From positions 986,509-1,050,508 of the forward strand of contig CAVYCV010000003.1 in NCBI GenBank assembly GCA_963767165.1: a DNA stretch of 64,000 bases. The letters run 5' to 3'. Below the pieces are notes generated by a model. That model was given only the letters and a program-made list of their open reading frames with translations. It was not told the DNA's origin and did not search any database. Shown here piece by piece: positions 9,324 through 22,828 of this stretch. A program made the position numbers and the translations under genes. How positions within the stretch are numbered: the first letter of the stretch is position 1; the number at the start of each line of letters is the position of its first letter. The DNA is from an uncultured Chloroflexia bacterium (GTDB lineage: Bacteria; Chloroflexota; Limnocylindria; Limnocylindrales; CSP1-4).

Positions 9324-10564
9324 GCGACGCCCCGTCGCGCGAGCGTGAGCGTGAGCGGGACGACGATCATCGCCGCGCCGATGAGGCCGAGGACCGCGAA
9401 CCCTGCGACGGCCATGATCACGCCCGAGCCGATGCTCGCTGCGGCGGCCGAGCTCCAGATCATGGCGTCCGTCACGCCCTGGAGTCGGGTGCGCTCGCCG
9501 AGCGACAGGCCTGTGGTCAGCAGGGCGGATCCGGCCACGTAGCCCAGGTTCCATCCGTACCCGAGCAGGAACAGCGCGACGAACAGCAGCACGCCGCCCT
9601 CGGGCGGCGCGGCCGCGGCCAGGACCGACGACCCGGCGATGACCATGAGCCCGGCGAGGATGACGGGCACGCTCCCGACCCGGTCGGTCAGCCGTCCGGA
9701 CAGCGGCGACAGGCCGAACATCCCGAACGTGTGACCGCTGATGACGATGCCCACCGCGCCCAGCGTGTGGCCGTGCTCGGTCATGTGGAGCGGCGTCATC
9801 GTCATGATCAGGACCATGACCACCTGGCCGGTCACGAGCGCCACGATCGCGACCGGGACGTGCGGCCGCCGGAGGACCGATCGAAGCGACACGGCGATCG
9901 ACGCATCGGCCGCCGGATCGGTCCGGGACGTCTCGTCGGCGAGCGCGTACGGATCGGGTCGCAGGAGCGTCCAGGACAGGATCGCCGCCGCACCGACGAA
10001 GATGATCGGGACGAAGTAGGGCCCCGCGAGCTCGGGCATGCCCAGGTTCGTCGCGAGGATCCCGGCCGGTGCGACGAGGTTCGGTCCGACGATGGCGCCG
10101 ACCGTGGCGCCCCAGACCACGAGGCCGATGGCCGAGGCGCGTCGCGCATCCGGGTACAGGTCCGCGGCCACGTATCGCGACAGTTGGTTGGACGAGTTGC
10201 CGAACCCGATGAAGAACATCCCGACGAGGAGCAGCGGCAACGAAGACACGAGGATCGCGGCGGTCGCAAGGATCGCGCCGCCGACGCCTGTGGCATAGCC
10301 AGCGGCCAGGCCGGGCCGACGCCCGCGGCGGACCATGAGCGCGGAGATCAGGACGGCACCACCGGCTGCCCCGAGGATGACTGCGGCGCCCGTGACGCCA
10401 CTCCACAGCGCCGAGCCCCCGAGGTGCTGGGCCACGATGGCAGCGACGGTGACCGCCGCGATGTGCCCGGTGCTGCCGAGCGCAACGCCGGCGACGAGCG
10501 TCCAGGTCGAGCGTCGTCGCGCGGCATCCATCCGAGCGGGCGAGAGCGTCGAGGCGACGTCCAT
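9305..10564 (-). CDS. MFS transporter
   Basis: 419-aa intact ORF with about 12 predicted TM helices, a Gly-rich MFS-like motif and 'GRLTDRVG'. It is convergent with the preceding gene and overlaps it by 19 nt. Confidence 0.85.
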   Translation of the reverse strand: MDVASTLSPARMDAARRRSTWTLVAGVALGSTGHIAAVTVAAIVAQHLGGSALWSGVTGAAVILGAAGGAVLISALMVRRGRRPGLAAGYATGVGGAILATAAILVSSLPLLLVGMFFIGFGNSSNQLSRYVAADLYPDARRASAIGLVVWGATVGAIVGPNLVAPAGILATNLGMPELAGPYFVPIIFVGAAAILSWTLLRPDPYALADETSRTDPAADASIAVSLRSVLRRPHVPVAIVALVTGQVVMVLIMTMTPLHMTEHGHTLGAVGIVISGHTFGMFGLSPLSGRLTDRVGSVPVILAGLMVIAGSSVLAAAAPPEGGVLLFVALFLLGYGWNLGYVAGSALLTTGLSLGERTRLQGVTDAMIWSSAAAASIGSGVIMAVAGFAVLGLIGAAMIVVPLTLTLARRGVAQSSRT

Positions 10565-10588
10565 GGGCGCCGATGATAGGCGCGCCGC

Positions 10589-13500
10589 TCAGTCCAGACC
10601 GAGCGTCAGCACCTCGATGCGCGGCGCGACCGGGTCCGCCGGAGGCGGCGTTACCGCGGCCATCTCCAGAAAGCGACAGAACGCGTTCGCCAACCGCATC
10701 TGCGCCGGATTCCGGGCGCGGACCCGCCACAGGTCGGGCGACCCGACCACCAGCGCCACGCATCGGGCCCGCGAGGTCGCGACGTTGAGTCTGTTCCGGC
10801 TGTAGAGGAAGTCCATCCCGCGCGGCGCGAGCTCCGGGCTCGACGTCGTCAGCGAGTAGATGCTGATCGGCGCCTCCTGGCCCTGGAACTTGTCGACGGT
10901 GCCGACCCGCGCCTCCGCGGGCAGCAGGCGCTTGATCGCCCCGACCTGCGCGTTGTATGGCGCGACGATGAGCACGTCGTCCCATCCGAGCGGTCGCGTG
11001 ACGCCATGGCGGTCCATCCATCGCGAGCCGCCGGCGGTCAGGGACCGGGCGATCGCCGCGACCCGTTCCGCCTCGACCGTCGACTCACTGTCGGCGCCGT
11101 CGGTGACGACCTCGATCAGGCGCGGTCCGACGCCGTCGAGGTCGGCCACGGTCGAGTCGAGCCGCTGGATCACGAGATGCGGTTCGGACTCCAGGCGGTC
11201 GTCGTAGAAGACCTCGGACGTGAAGGCGCACAGGGCCGGGTGCATCCGCCACGTGTGCTCGAGGAAGAGGCCACGTTCGGGTGGCATCGTCGCCCGACCG
11301 TCGAGGACGTGGGCCAGGGCCGATCGATCCGCGCCCGCGGGATGGGTTCCCTTGAGTGGCTGGTCGAGCTGTTGCGGGTCGCCAAGCAGGACGAGGTTCG
11401 CGGTCGCCCGGGCCATCGCGATGACGTTCGCGAGCGAGATCTGCCCCGCCTCGTCGACGAACAGCACGTGGACGGCGTCCGCCATCTTCGTCGACACCCA
11501 CAGCCATGCCGTGCCGGCCGCGAGGTTGGCCCGGCCGTCATCGAGACGCGACCGGACGTCCGAGGCGTCCTTCGCGTGCGCGACCGACGGATGATCGACC
11601 ACCTGGTCCTTCGGCCCGTGCTGGATGGCACGGACGTTACCGGGATCGCTGGCCTCGATCACCTCGCGGAGGAGATTGCCGATCACCTTGTGACTCGTGG
11701 CACTGATCCCCACGCGCTTGCCCGCGCGCAGGAGCGACACGATCATGCGGGCCCCGGTGTACGTCTTGCCGGCGTCCGGGTGGTCCCTGGATCGCGAGGG
11801 TGGTCGAGTCGAGCCGACCGGCCAGGCGGATCGCGGCTGCCTCGAGGTCCGCGTCTTCGGGGTCGACCAGCGGGCTGCCGGGCGCCTGCCCGACCCGTGG
11901 CGGGCGCCCGAGCAGTAGCTCCCTGGCGAGCCGGTGCGGGCCGTCGGCGTCGATGCCATGCTCGGCGACCCACTCGCCGAGCTCGAACAGTGACGCCTGA
12001 TGATCGACGGTCCGGACCCAGTCGAGGGCCACGACCGAGCGCGGGTGCGGCTTCTCGACCTCGCGGCGGATGTCGATCGTCAGACCCGCGAGGTCGACGG
12101 CGACCATCTTGCCCGTGTCCCACTCGAACGGGCTGACGCCGGGTGCGGCTTGACTGAGGGCGGGATCGAACAGCTCCCCACGCCCGAGGTCGAAGTCCTG
12201 GTCCGGGAAGGAGTACCGCCATGTCTGCTTGCCCCTCACGGGTTCGTCGAGCGGACCGATCGGCTCGAGCCCGCCAAGCGGCACGTTCTCCTCGATCGCC
12301 TGATCCTCGTCGAGTCCCATGTGGCGAAAGAAGTCCCACCACATCGCCTTGTCCTCGCGACGGTGCCAGCCAAGGAGCTGCGCCAGCAGCCAGCGGCCGT
12401 GCTGTTCGGGGTTTCGGTCGGCGGCGTCCGTCGGGACGATCTCCGGATCGGCCAGGCGGTCGGCGAGCGCCTGGATCCGCGCCTGCGCGTCGGTGACGTC
12501 CTCCGGCAGCGCCTGACGCTCGCCCGGGCGCGGGACCGGTCGGCCGGTCGCCTCGGCCAGCTCGCCACGCAGTGCCTCGAGCCAGTCGCGGAGCTGGCGG
12601 TTGCTGATGACGTCATCGCGGTTGTAGCGCTCGATGCGATCGAGGATCGTCGAGTCCGGACGCTCTCCCTCGCCGAGCTCCAGCCACTCCTCGAACGCGA
12701 CGATGCTCGATCCCGCGTCTCGAAGATCGACCTCGCGCGTGAACCCGTAGAACGCCTCCATCTTCTTGATCGAGTAGCTCTCGACCGAAGCCCGCAACGA
12801 CTGGCGCACGGCCCGCAGGAGGTCGACCAGCGTGCCGGCCCGCAGCAGGTCGTCGACCTCGTTCTCGCGGGTGCCATACCGACCCATGAGGCGCTTGAGC
12901 GCGGTCGGCTCGTACGGGGCGTAGTGGTAGATGTGCAGGTTCGGGTCCGCCCGGATCCGCTCGCCGATGAAGTCCATCACCGCCTCGAACGCGCGACGTT
13001 CGCCATCCAGGCTGAACTCGCCAGCCTCGTCGCGCGACCAGAACGCGTGAAACGTGCCGTCGACCTCGAGGATGCCGAACAGGTAGTCGAGGCCGTCGTC
13101 GAAGGCGTATGGGTCGCCCTCGAGATCGAGGAACAGGTCGCCCGGCGACGGCGGCGGGAGCGAGGCCAGGCCACGTTCCTGGCCGATCGGGTCCTCGCCC
13201 TGCGGAAGCAGGAGCTCGTAGCGGCCGGCCCCGGTGCGACGCCCCTCGAGCTGGATCCGCGCCTGCTCCCGGACCCGCAGGAGCGCCTCCTTGCTCGTCC
13301 CTTCGAGCTTCGGATCCATGGGCAGCGGCAGGTCGCCGAGCGCCTCGAGAGTCGGGCACGCCGCGGTCGATCAGGGCCCGTCGCTGGCGGGCCGAGATCC
13401 CGGCGACGAGGCTGAGGTGGTCGTCCGATCGTCGACGGGCGACGCACTCGGCTGCCCACCGGCAGACATCGCAATGCTCGACAGGTTCGGGATAGGTGGT

Positions 13501-14164
13501 CGCCGGCGGGTAGGTCGCGGCCACCTCGTCGGTCATGGTGGCGAGGAAGCGGGTTTTCGCGCTGCGGTAGTACGCCATGTAGTCGTCGACACGGAGCCGC
13601 TCGACCGCTCGGGCGCTGCCCCCCAACGCCACATGCATCCACTCCGGGCGGACACCCTGGATGAGCTCGAGCTGATCGACGTAGCTGCAGATCTGGAGGA
13701 CCGCGCTCGCCTTGACGTGTCGGGCGAGCTTGGTGTCCGCGACCTCGTAGTGCCACGGCCCCCAGACCGATGGACGTTCCGGGTCGTGAGACGCGCAGAA
13801 GGAAGTCCGCATGCCCGCGCCAGGTGCCGTCGAAGAACGTGGCCTGGAAGATGACGTCGTCGCCCCTGGCCATCGCGTCGATCGTCTCGTCCGCCGCGGC
13901 GCGGAGCTGGTCGCCCTGGTCCGCGATCGATCCGTCGAGCGTGATCGTGGTCGACGTCCGGCCGTCCGCCAGCAGGTCCGCGAGGAAGCGCCGCTCGTGC
14001 TCGAAGCCGCGCTTGCGGATGATGTCGAGCTCCGGGTCGTCGCGCATCGGTCGCTTGACCAGGCCAGCCAGCGCGGCCCGCTCGAGCTGGGTCAGGTGCT
14101 CACAGGCGAGGTAGGCGACGAGATCGGTGGCGGCGTAGACCGGTCGGCCGTCGATGGTCTGCAC
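10589..14164 (-). pseudogene. TM0106-family RecB-like (Cas4-type PD-(D/E)xK) nuclease fused to Superfamily-1 (Upf1/DNA2-like) helicase, ~1190 aa, interrupted by three frameshifts
   Basis: The gene is split across four frames. Frame 12977..14164 has the N-terminal nuclease ('ATDLVAYLACEHLTQLE...GHADFLLRV'). Frame 12613..13812 continues 'WHYEVADTKLARHVKASAVLQICSYV...CDVCRW'. Frame 11637..13319 carries the long linker ending 'LAIQGPPG'. Frame 10589..11959 carries the helicase Walker A and C-terminal domain ('GKTYTGARMIVSLL', 'VLFVDEAGQ', 'VDKFQGQEAPISIY', 'NRLNVATSRAR'). Frame switches occur at about 13790, 13320 and 11795. Confidence 0.8.
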
Positions 14165-14226
14165 GCCTGCACCTTACCGGCTGGCCGTGTCAGGTCGCCT
14201 GTCGCGAGGAGCGATACGCTTCGGCC

Positions 14227-14700
14227 ATGCCGGTCGAGCGACGAAACAGCGACGGATCGCGCCAGGTCGGCGCCGTCGTGGGAGAGCCTCGTCGAGCGCC
14301 AGATCCGCGAGGCGATGGAGGAGGGCGCGTTCAGCGACCTGCCGTTCCAGGGCCAGCCGCTGCCGATCGAGGATGACGCGGCCGCCGGGGAGTGGGCGAT
14401 GGCCCACCGGATCCTGCGCAACGCCGGCGCCGCCCCGCCGTGGATCGAGGCGGACAAGGAGGTCCGCCGGCTGCTCGCCCGTCGCGACGAGCTGGTCTCG
14501 CGGCCGCGTCGGACGACGCCGTCCGGGCAAGCGCGCGAACGGACCGAGCTGACCACCCTGGTCGCGTCGATCAACGAGGCGATCGCCCGGGTCAACGCCG
14601 AGGCGCCTACGATCCGCCAGCATCGTCGCGCCCTCGATCTCGAGACCGAGCTGGCGCGCCTCGACGCAGGCACGGCCGGACTAGGCACGCGCCCCCGGGA
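14227..14700 (+). CDS. DUF1992 (DnaJ-subfamily C28-like) domain protein; boundaries uncertain
   Basis: DUF1992 signature 'WESLVERQIREAMEEGAFSDLPFQGQPLPIED...WAMAHRILRNAGAAPPWIE' lies inside ORF 13811..15178. The nearest ATG (14227) is in another frame and there is no in-frame stop before the downstream VOC gene, so an indel at either end is suspected. Confidence 0.45.
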
Positions 14701-14821
14701 GGGCAGCCACCGGTCGCGAACGGGCGCCCGACGGACCGGTCAGGAATCGAGAAGCGCGGAGCGCGACGGTCTCCCTAGAGTGACCGGCATGGACATCACC
14801 ACCACGCTTCCAGGAGACGAT

Positions 14822-15178
14822 ATGACGACCTCGACGACACTCGGGATCAAGACCGTTCTGCATCCCGTGTCAGACCTCGCGGCGGCCAAGGCCGTGTACA
14901 CCGCCCTGCTCGGCATCGAGCCGCAGGCAGACGCGCCCTACTACGTCGGCTACGACGCCGAGGGACAGCACATCGGGCTGGTGCCCGGCGGCGGACCGCA
15001 GGGCATGACCACGCCGGTCGCCTACTGGCACGTTGCGGACATCGAGGCGAAGCTGGCCGAGGTCACTGCCGCGGGTGGCACCCTGCACGAGGCCGCGCAC
15101 GACGTCGGCGGCGGCCGCCTGGTGGCCACCTTCTCCGACCCCGACGGCAACGTCCTCGGCCTGGTCCAGGACCGCTGA
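14822..15178 (+). CDS. VOC family (glyoxalase/bleomycin-resistance/dioxygenase fold) protein
   Basis: ATG at 14822 is preceded by AGGAGACG. The 118-aa product 'TVLHPVSDLAAAKAVYTALLG...ATFSDPDGNVLGLVQ' is a typical VOC fold. Confidence 0.65.
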   Translation: MTTSTTLGIKTVLHPVSDLAAAKAVYTALLGIEPQADAPYYVGYDAEGQHIGLVPGGGPQGMTTPVAYWHVADIEAKLAEVTAAGGTLHEAAHDVGGGRLVATFSDPDGNVLGLVQDR

Positions 15179-15204
15179 GCGCGGGTCCCACCTAAGATTG
15201 CGAC

Positions 15205-17604
<2,400 letters not shown>

Positions 17605-17714
17605 CCGCGGCGCGGACAGCGTGAAGAGAGTCCTCACATGTGCCGTCACTGGACCCGACTCGTCGAGGGGCCGGTCGATCTCGCCGTGGTCGCCCGACGT
17701 GCCACAATCTCGCA

Positions 17715-18165
17715 CGTGACCATCAGATCCGCCCCGACGCAGAACCTGAGCGACCTCGCGTGGCTGCGCCGCGTCCGCGACCGGATCGACCGGGAGTACG
17801 AGCAGCCGCTGGACGTCGAGGCTCTCGCGCGCGGCGCACACATGTCGGCCGGGCACCTCAGCCGCGAGTTCAAGCTCGCCTACGGCGAGTCGCCGTACAG
17901 CTACCTGATGACGCGGCGCATCGAGCGCGCGATGGCCCTGCTCCGGCGCGGCGACATGAGCGTCACCGAGGTCTGTTTCGCCGTCGGCTGCTCGTCGTTG
18001 GGCACGTTCAGCACCCGCTTCACCGAGCTGGTCGGCGTGCCGCCGAGCGTCTATCGGCGTGACGGTGCCCGTGTGACGACGGGGATGCCGGCGTGCATCG
18101 CGAAACAGGTGACCAGACCGATCAGGAATTGGGAAGCGCCGATCGCGGAGCCTCGAACAGCGTGA
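17715..18165 (+). CDS. AraC family transcriptional regulator (HTH_18)
   Basis: AraC-type HTH 'LDVEALARGAHMSAGHLSREFKLAYGESPYSYLMTRRIERAMALL...SVTEVCFAVGCSSLGTFSTRF'. The ORF opens at 17638 (ATG); a GTG at 17715 is an alternative start. Confidence 0.7.
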
Positions 18166-18170
18166 CCAAG

Positions 18171-18578
18171 ATGAGCATCACCATCCACACGAGCGTTCTC
18201 CCGCACGACGACCCGGACGCGTCCCTGGCCTTCTATCGCGACACCCTTGGCTTCGAGGTTCGGAACGATGTCGGCAGCGGCAAGATGCGCTGGATCGAGG
18301 TCGGCCCCGTCGACCAGCCCGGTACGTCGATCCTCCTCGCGCCGCCGGCCGCCGACCCCGGCATCACCGAGGACGAGCGCCGCACCATCGCCGAGATGAT
18401 GGCCAAGGGCACCTACGGCTGGATCCTTCTGGCCACGCCCGACCTCGACGGCGTCTTCGAGCGAGTGCAGGCGATCGCAGAGGTCGTCCAGGAGCCCGCC
18501 GAGCAGCCCTACGGCGTTCGCGACTGTGCCGTCCGCGATCCCGCGGGCAACCTGATCCGCATCAAGGAGCTTCGCTGA
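18171..18578 (+). CDS. VOC family (glyoxalase-like) protein
   Basis: The 'MSITIHTSVLPHDDPDASLAFYRDTLGFEV...' start lies within ORF 18093..18578. It has VOC-fold hallmarks, and the C-terminus 'RDPAGNLIRIKE' is typical. Confidence 0.75.
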   Translation: MSITIHTSVLPHDDPDASLAFYRDTLGFEVRNDVGSGKMRWIEVGPVDQPGTSILLAPPAADPGITEDERRTIAEMMAKGTYGWILLATPDLDGVFERVQAIAEVVQEPAEQPYGVRDCAVRDPAGNLIRIKELR

Positions 18579-18585
18579 GCCCCCT

Positions 18586-19954
18586 TTAGCTGAACAGGGC
18601 CCCGATCGCCTCACGGAACGCGACGGTATGGCGATCCACGTCCGACCCGGTCGTCGCCGGCGACATCAGCGCCATGTTGTGGAACGGGGTCATCAGGACA
18701 CGCCGGTTCATCGCCCAGAGGTGCAGGAATCGCTCGAGATCCGGGTCGCTGTGGGCCCACTGCTCCGCGCCGGTCCGCGGCGGGTCGGGCATGAAGTGGT
18801 ACTCGGCGCGTGCCCCGAGCCGCGTCACGTGCCACGGGACGTCGGCCGCGCGCAGGACCTCGTTCACGCCCGCCTCCCAGCGCTCGGCCAGAGGGACCAT
18901 CCGTGCGAATGCTTCCTCGGTCAGGACCTCGCCCAGCGTGGCCCGCGTCGCGGCCAGCGACAACGCGTACCCCGCGAGCGTGCCGCCGATCCCGCCGACG
19001 TCCGAATCGACGACTTCGAGCGACGCGATGGATCCGGGCGCCGACCTCGTTCGTGAACCCGTAGGCCGCGACCGGGATGCCGCCGCCGATCGTCTTGCCG
19101 ATCACGAGCATGTCTGGGTCGAGCCCCCAGAGGCCCGTGGCGCCGCCCGGACCGGCGCAGATCGTGTGGGTCTCGTCGATGATCAGCAGCGTGCCGGTCC
19201 GACGGGTGATCTCGCGCACGGCCTCGAGATAGCCGGGCTCGGGCAGCACGATCCCGACGTTCGTCAGGGCGGGCTCGATGAGGACGGCCGCGACGTCACG
19301 GTCGGCGACTGCCGCCTCCAGCCCGTCGATGTCGTTGAACTCGACGACGCGCGTGGTCTCGGCGACGTCCACCTGCGGCCCGACCGAGCCGTGGACCGGC
19401 AGCACGGAACCGTCGATCGCCAAGGACCGCGATCGCCTCGTCCACCGACCCGTGGTAGCAGTGGTCGTGGACGACGACCTTGGAGCGGCCGGTGATGTGG
19501 CGAGCCAGCCGGAGCGAGAAGCGGTTGGCGTCCGTGGCCGACAGCGCGAACTGCCAGGACGGCAGCCCGAACCGCCGTCGTCAGCTCCTCGCCGACCCAG
19601 GCGGCGTCCTCGGTCGGGAGCATGTGGGTGATGCCGAGGCGCATCTGGCGCTCGACGGCAGCGATCGTCGGCGCGGGTCCGTGGCCGGCCATCGCGCCCG
19701 GTGTCGCCGAGGCAGAAGTCCACGTAGTCGTGGCCGTCGACGCAGCGGAACGACGCGCCCGACGCCGATTCGACGTAGGGCGGGAACGGGCCTGCCCACT
19801 TGACCATCCAGGGCATGGGCACGCCCTCGAGGAGCGACCCCATGGCGCGGGCGTGGAGATCGGCGGACCGCGGGTGTTCGGCCGCGAAGCGGCGGGTCTC
19901 GTCGGCCATCAGGGCCGCAAGGCGGCCGCGGTCGACGGATCGGCTGGACGTCAT
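18586..19954 (-). pseudogene. class III (PLP) aminotransferase, glutamate-1-semialdehyde aminomutase-like; multiple frameshifts
   Basis: The N-terminus (frame 18611..19954) reads 'GPFPPYVESASGASFRCVDGHDYVDFCLGDTG'. A middle piece is in frame 19264..19692 ('MAGHGPAPTIAAVERQMRLGITHMLPTEDAAWVGEEL'). The core returns to the first frame ('VLIEPALTNVGIVLPEPGYLEAVREITRRTGTLLIIDETHT...IGKTIGGGIPVAAYG'). The C-terminus is in frame 18586..18963 ('PFHNMALMSPATT...FREAIGALF'). Confidence 0.75.
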
Positions 19955-20023
19955 CCGAGCAGGATGGCCGCCTTCGTGTGGTGTGTCGGGCGCATCCCGG
20001 GGGACGCGACGACGCGATGGGCC

Positions 20024-20221
20024 CTAGTTCGGTCGGCGGACGTAGCCGCAGACCAGGCACTGGGCGACCCCGGTCGTCGGATCGACGTCGAGGAAGCTCG
20101 CACAGCCGTTGGTGCGGCAGTAGGGGCGGGTGGCCGTCGATGCGGCCGAGGCGCGGCGACGAAGGCGTCGCATCGCCGTGGCTCGTCCGGTGACGGACGA
20201 TGTGGTTGAACGATTCATCAT
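20024..20221 (-). CDS. small (65 aa) putative zinc-ribbon protein
   Basis: Tandem ATG-ATG start. The C-terminus 'CRTNGCASFLDVDPTTGVAQCLVCGY' has a CxxxxC...CxxC arrangement. No known family. Confidence 0.3.
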   Translation of the reverse strand: MMNRSTTSSVTGRATAMRRLRRRASAASTATRPYCRTNGCASFLDVDPTTGVAQCLVCGYVRRPN

Positions 20222-20593
20222 TGTGTCGTTGCTCGTGTGCTTTCTGGCGCGCCGGGAATGGCGTGATGGGCCATCGGCTGCGCGTCCGGTGCTCGCTCTA
20301 CGGCCTGATACGGACCGGAGCGGTTCTTTGATCGGTCCGGGCGGAGAACCGGGAGCCTCGGACGTACCGAGTGCTCGACCGGGCCGACACGACGGACCTG
20401 TAACGCGATTCACTATATCGCACGCATGTTCAATCGTCAACGTCGGTCGTGCCAGACGCGACCTGACGGTCCATGCGACGATGATTCAGGACTCTTCACA
20501 TTCGCTTGGTTGAATCCATACGCCGCACGTCGCAGATTGGCCCCCGTCCGCCAGAATGCGCACGGCAACACCTTGGAGGAGGTACCACTCGGG

Positions 20594-21787
20594 ATGGGAC
20601 GCCCCGGACTCGGCGCGGGCTCCGCTTCGCGCACGCACACCACGCATCGGATCGGCGCAGCCGGTCTCGTCGGCCTGCTGCTGACGCTCATGGTCGGCGC
20701 GTCCGTCGCTCACGCGGCCGGCGAGGTCACCATCACGACCCCGTATCCCGCTGTCGCGGTCGCGCCCGGCACGAAGGTCAGCTTCGATCTCTCGATCGAG
20801 ACCGACACGCCGGACCGGGTGAACCTGAAGCTGGAGCGCGTGCCGACCGGCTGGACGGCCGCCCTGTTCGGGGGCGGGTTCATCGTCGATGGCGTCCAGT
20901 CCGACGGGTCCAAGGCGACCACCGTCCGGCTCGACGTGACCCTGCCCGCTGACGCGGCCGCCGCGACGCAGCGGATCGATGTCGTCGCGACCGCCGGCGG
21001 CGCCATCGACCGCCTGCCGCTCGACATCCGGGTCACCCCGACCGCGGCCGGCGAAGTCAGCCTCACGACCGACTTCCCGGAGCTCAAGGGCACATCGACC
21101 ACCGACTTCACGTTCAACCTGACCCTGCACAACGACACGGCCGAGGACCTGACGTTCGGCGGGACCGCGACCGGCCCTGCAGGCTGGACCGTGACGGCCC
21201 AGGTGAGCTCCGAGAGCCAGGCCGCGAGCGCCATCGTCAAGGCCGGCAGCACGACCCCGGTGACCGTCAAGGCCACGCCGTCCGCCGATGTCACGGCGGG
21301 CTCGTACCCGATCAGCGTCGATGTCACGAGCGGCAGCCGGACCGCCCACGCCGACCTCAGCGTCGAGGTCACCGGCAGCTACACCATCAAGCTCACGACC
21401 CCGGATGCGCGTCTGAGCACCTCGGCGTCGGCCGGCTCGGCCTCCGACCTGACACTCGTCGTCCAGAACACGGGCACCGCGCCCGTCACCGGCGTGGTGC
21501 CGTCCGCAACGGCCCCCCAGGGCTGGACGATCAAGTTCGACCCGGAGACCGTCGATGTCGCATCCCAGGGGGAGGCGACGGTCGTCGCCAACATGACGCC
21601 GTCGAACGACGCGATCGCCGGTGACTACCTCGTCACGTTCAAGGCGACGTCGGACCTCGCCAGCAGCACGGCCGACATCCGCGTGACGATCCAGACCGGC
21701 CTCCTGGGTGGCGCGATCGGGCTCGGACTGATCGTGCTGGTCCTCGTCGGGCTGGGCTGGGTCTTCCTCCGCTACGGCCGACGATGA
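20594..21787 (+). CDS. NEW3 (NPCBM-associated) repeat-containing cell-surface protein with C-terminal TM anchor
   Basis: ATG at 20594 is preceded by GGAGGAGG. It has a signal peptide ('[14 protein letters not shown]'), four ~100-aa repeats rich in 'P.GWT', 'AG.Y.V.V' and 'V.VT' motifs, and a C-terminal hydrophobic helix followed by 'RYGRR'. The ORF formally opens at 20426. Confidence 0.7.
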   Translation: MGRPGLGAGSASRTHTTHRIGAAGLVGLLLTLMVGASVAHAAGEVTITTPYPAVAVAPGTKVSFDLSIETDTPDRVNLKLERVPTGWTAALFGGGFIVDGVQSDGSKATTVRLDVTLPADAAAATQRIDVVATAGGAIDRLPLDIRVTPTAAGEVSLTTDFPELKGTSTTDFTFNLTLHNDTAEDLTFGGTATGPAGWTVTAQVSSESQAASAIVKAGSTTPVTVKATPSADVTAGSYPISVDVTSGSRTAHADLSVEVTGSYTIKLTTPDARLSTSASAGSASDLTLVVQNTGTAPVTGVVPSATAPQGWTIKFDPETVDVASQGEATVVANMTPSNDAIAGDYLVTFKATSDLASSTADIRVTIQTGLLGGAIGLGLIVLVLVGLGWVFLRYGRR

Positions 21788-22828
21788 CCCGGGAGGACCG
21801 CTCGGGTCCGCTCATCCGGACCAGGGCGCTGACGAAGCGCTACGACACGCTTGTCGCGGTCGACAAGCTCGACCTCGAGGTCCGGGCGGGCGAGATCTTC
21901 GGCCTGCTCGGGCAGAACGGCGCCGGCAAGACCACCACGATCCTCATGCTGCTCGGCCTCACGGAGCCGACGAGCGGCGAGGCCCGGGTGGTCGGGCTCG
22001 ATCCGGCCCGCCATCCGCGCGAGGTCAAGCGCCGGGTCGGGTACCTGCCCGACGCGGTCGGCTTCTACGGCGGGCTCACCGGTCGACAGAACCTGCGCTA
22101 TACCGCCCGGCTCAACGGCCTGAAGGGCAAGGAGGCCGAGTCCGCGATGGACGAGGTCCTCGAGCCAGGTCGGCCTGTCCGACCGGGCCGACGACCGGGT
22201 CGAGACCTATTCGCGCGGCATGAAGCAGCGCCTCGGCATCGCCGACGCGCTCGTGAAGTCACCCGACATCCTCATCCTCGACGAGCCGACGACGTCGATC
22301 GACCCGCTCGGCGTGGTCGAGATCCTCGACCTCCTCCGCTCTCTCGTCAACGAGCGCGGCCTGGCCATCCTGCTCTCGAGCCACCTGCTGACGCAGGTCC
22401 AGTCCGTCTGCGACCGGATCGGCATCTTCGCCTCCGGCCGGCTGGTCGGGGAGGGGACCGTCGCCCGTCTCGCGAGCCTGTTCGGTGACGGCGGCGCGAC
22501 CCTCGAGGTCGGCCTCGAGCTGCCGACGCCGGCCGACCGGGACCGGGCCGAGAAGGTGCTCGCCGCCCTGCACGGGGTCGCGTCCGTCCAACCGCCGGCC
22601 CCGCGGTCCGACGCCTGGCGGCTGACCGTCAAGCCGGCGAACGAGGAGCCCGCGGTCCGCCAGGCCGTCCTGGCCGCCGCGGTGGAGCACGGCCTGCACC
22701 TCAACGCCCTCCGGCCGATCGTGCCATCGCTCGACGACATCTACCGCACCGCCCTGCAGCGACGTGGTCTCGCGGACAAGTCGATCGGGCCCGGCGCCGC
22801 GAACGCGGGCGGGAGGACTGCCGCATGA
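21784..22828 (+). CDS. ABC transporter ATP-binding protein, one frameshift near 22170
   Basis: Walker A '[12 protein letters not shown]' and the Q-loop are in frame 21784... The signature and Walker B ('[15 protein letters not shown]...ILILDEPT') plus the C-terminal domain are in frame 22220..22828. This gene overlaps the NEW3 gene stop by 4 nt. Confidence 0.8.

Noticed and set aside
8079-11021. 980-aa ORF on the minus strand, the longest ORF in the track
   Set aside because: Arg/Pro/Gly-rich low-complexity translation with no motifs. It lies antisense to well-supported genes (HTH-Clp_N gene, MFS transporter, helicase C-terminus). This is the typical spurious open frame of very high-GC DNA.
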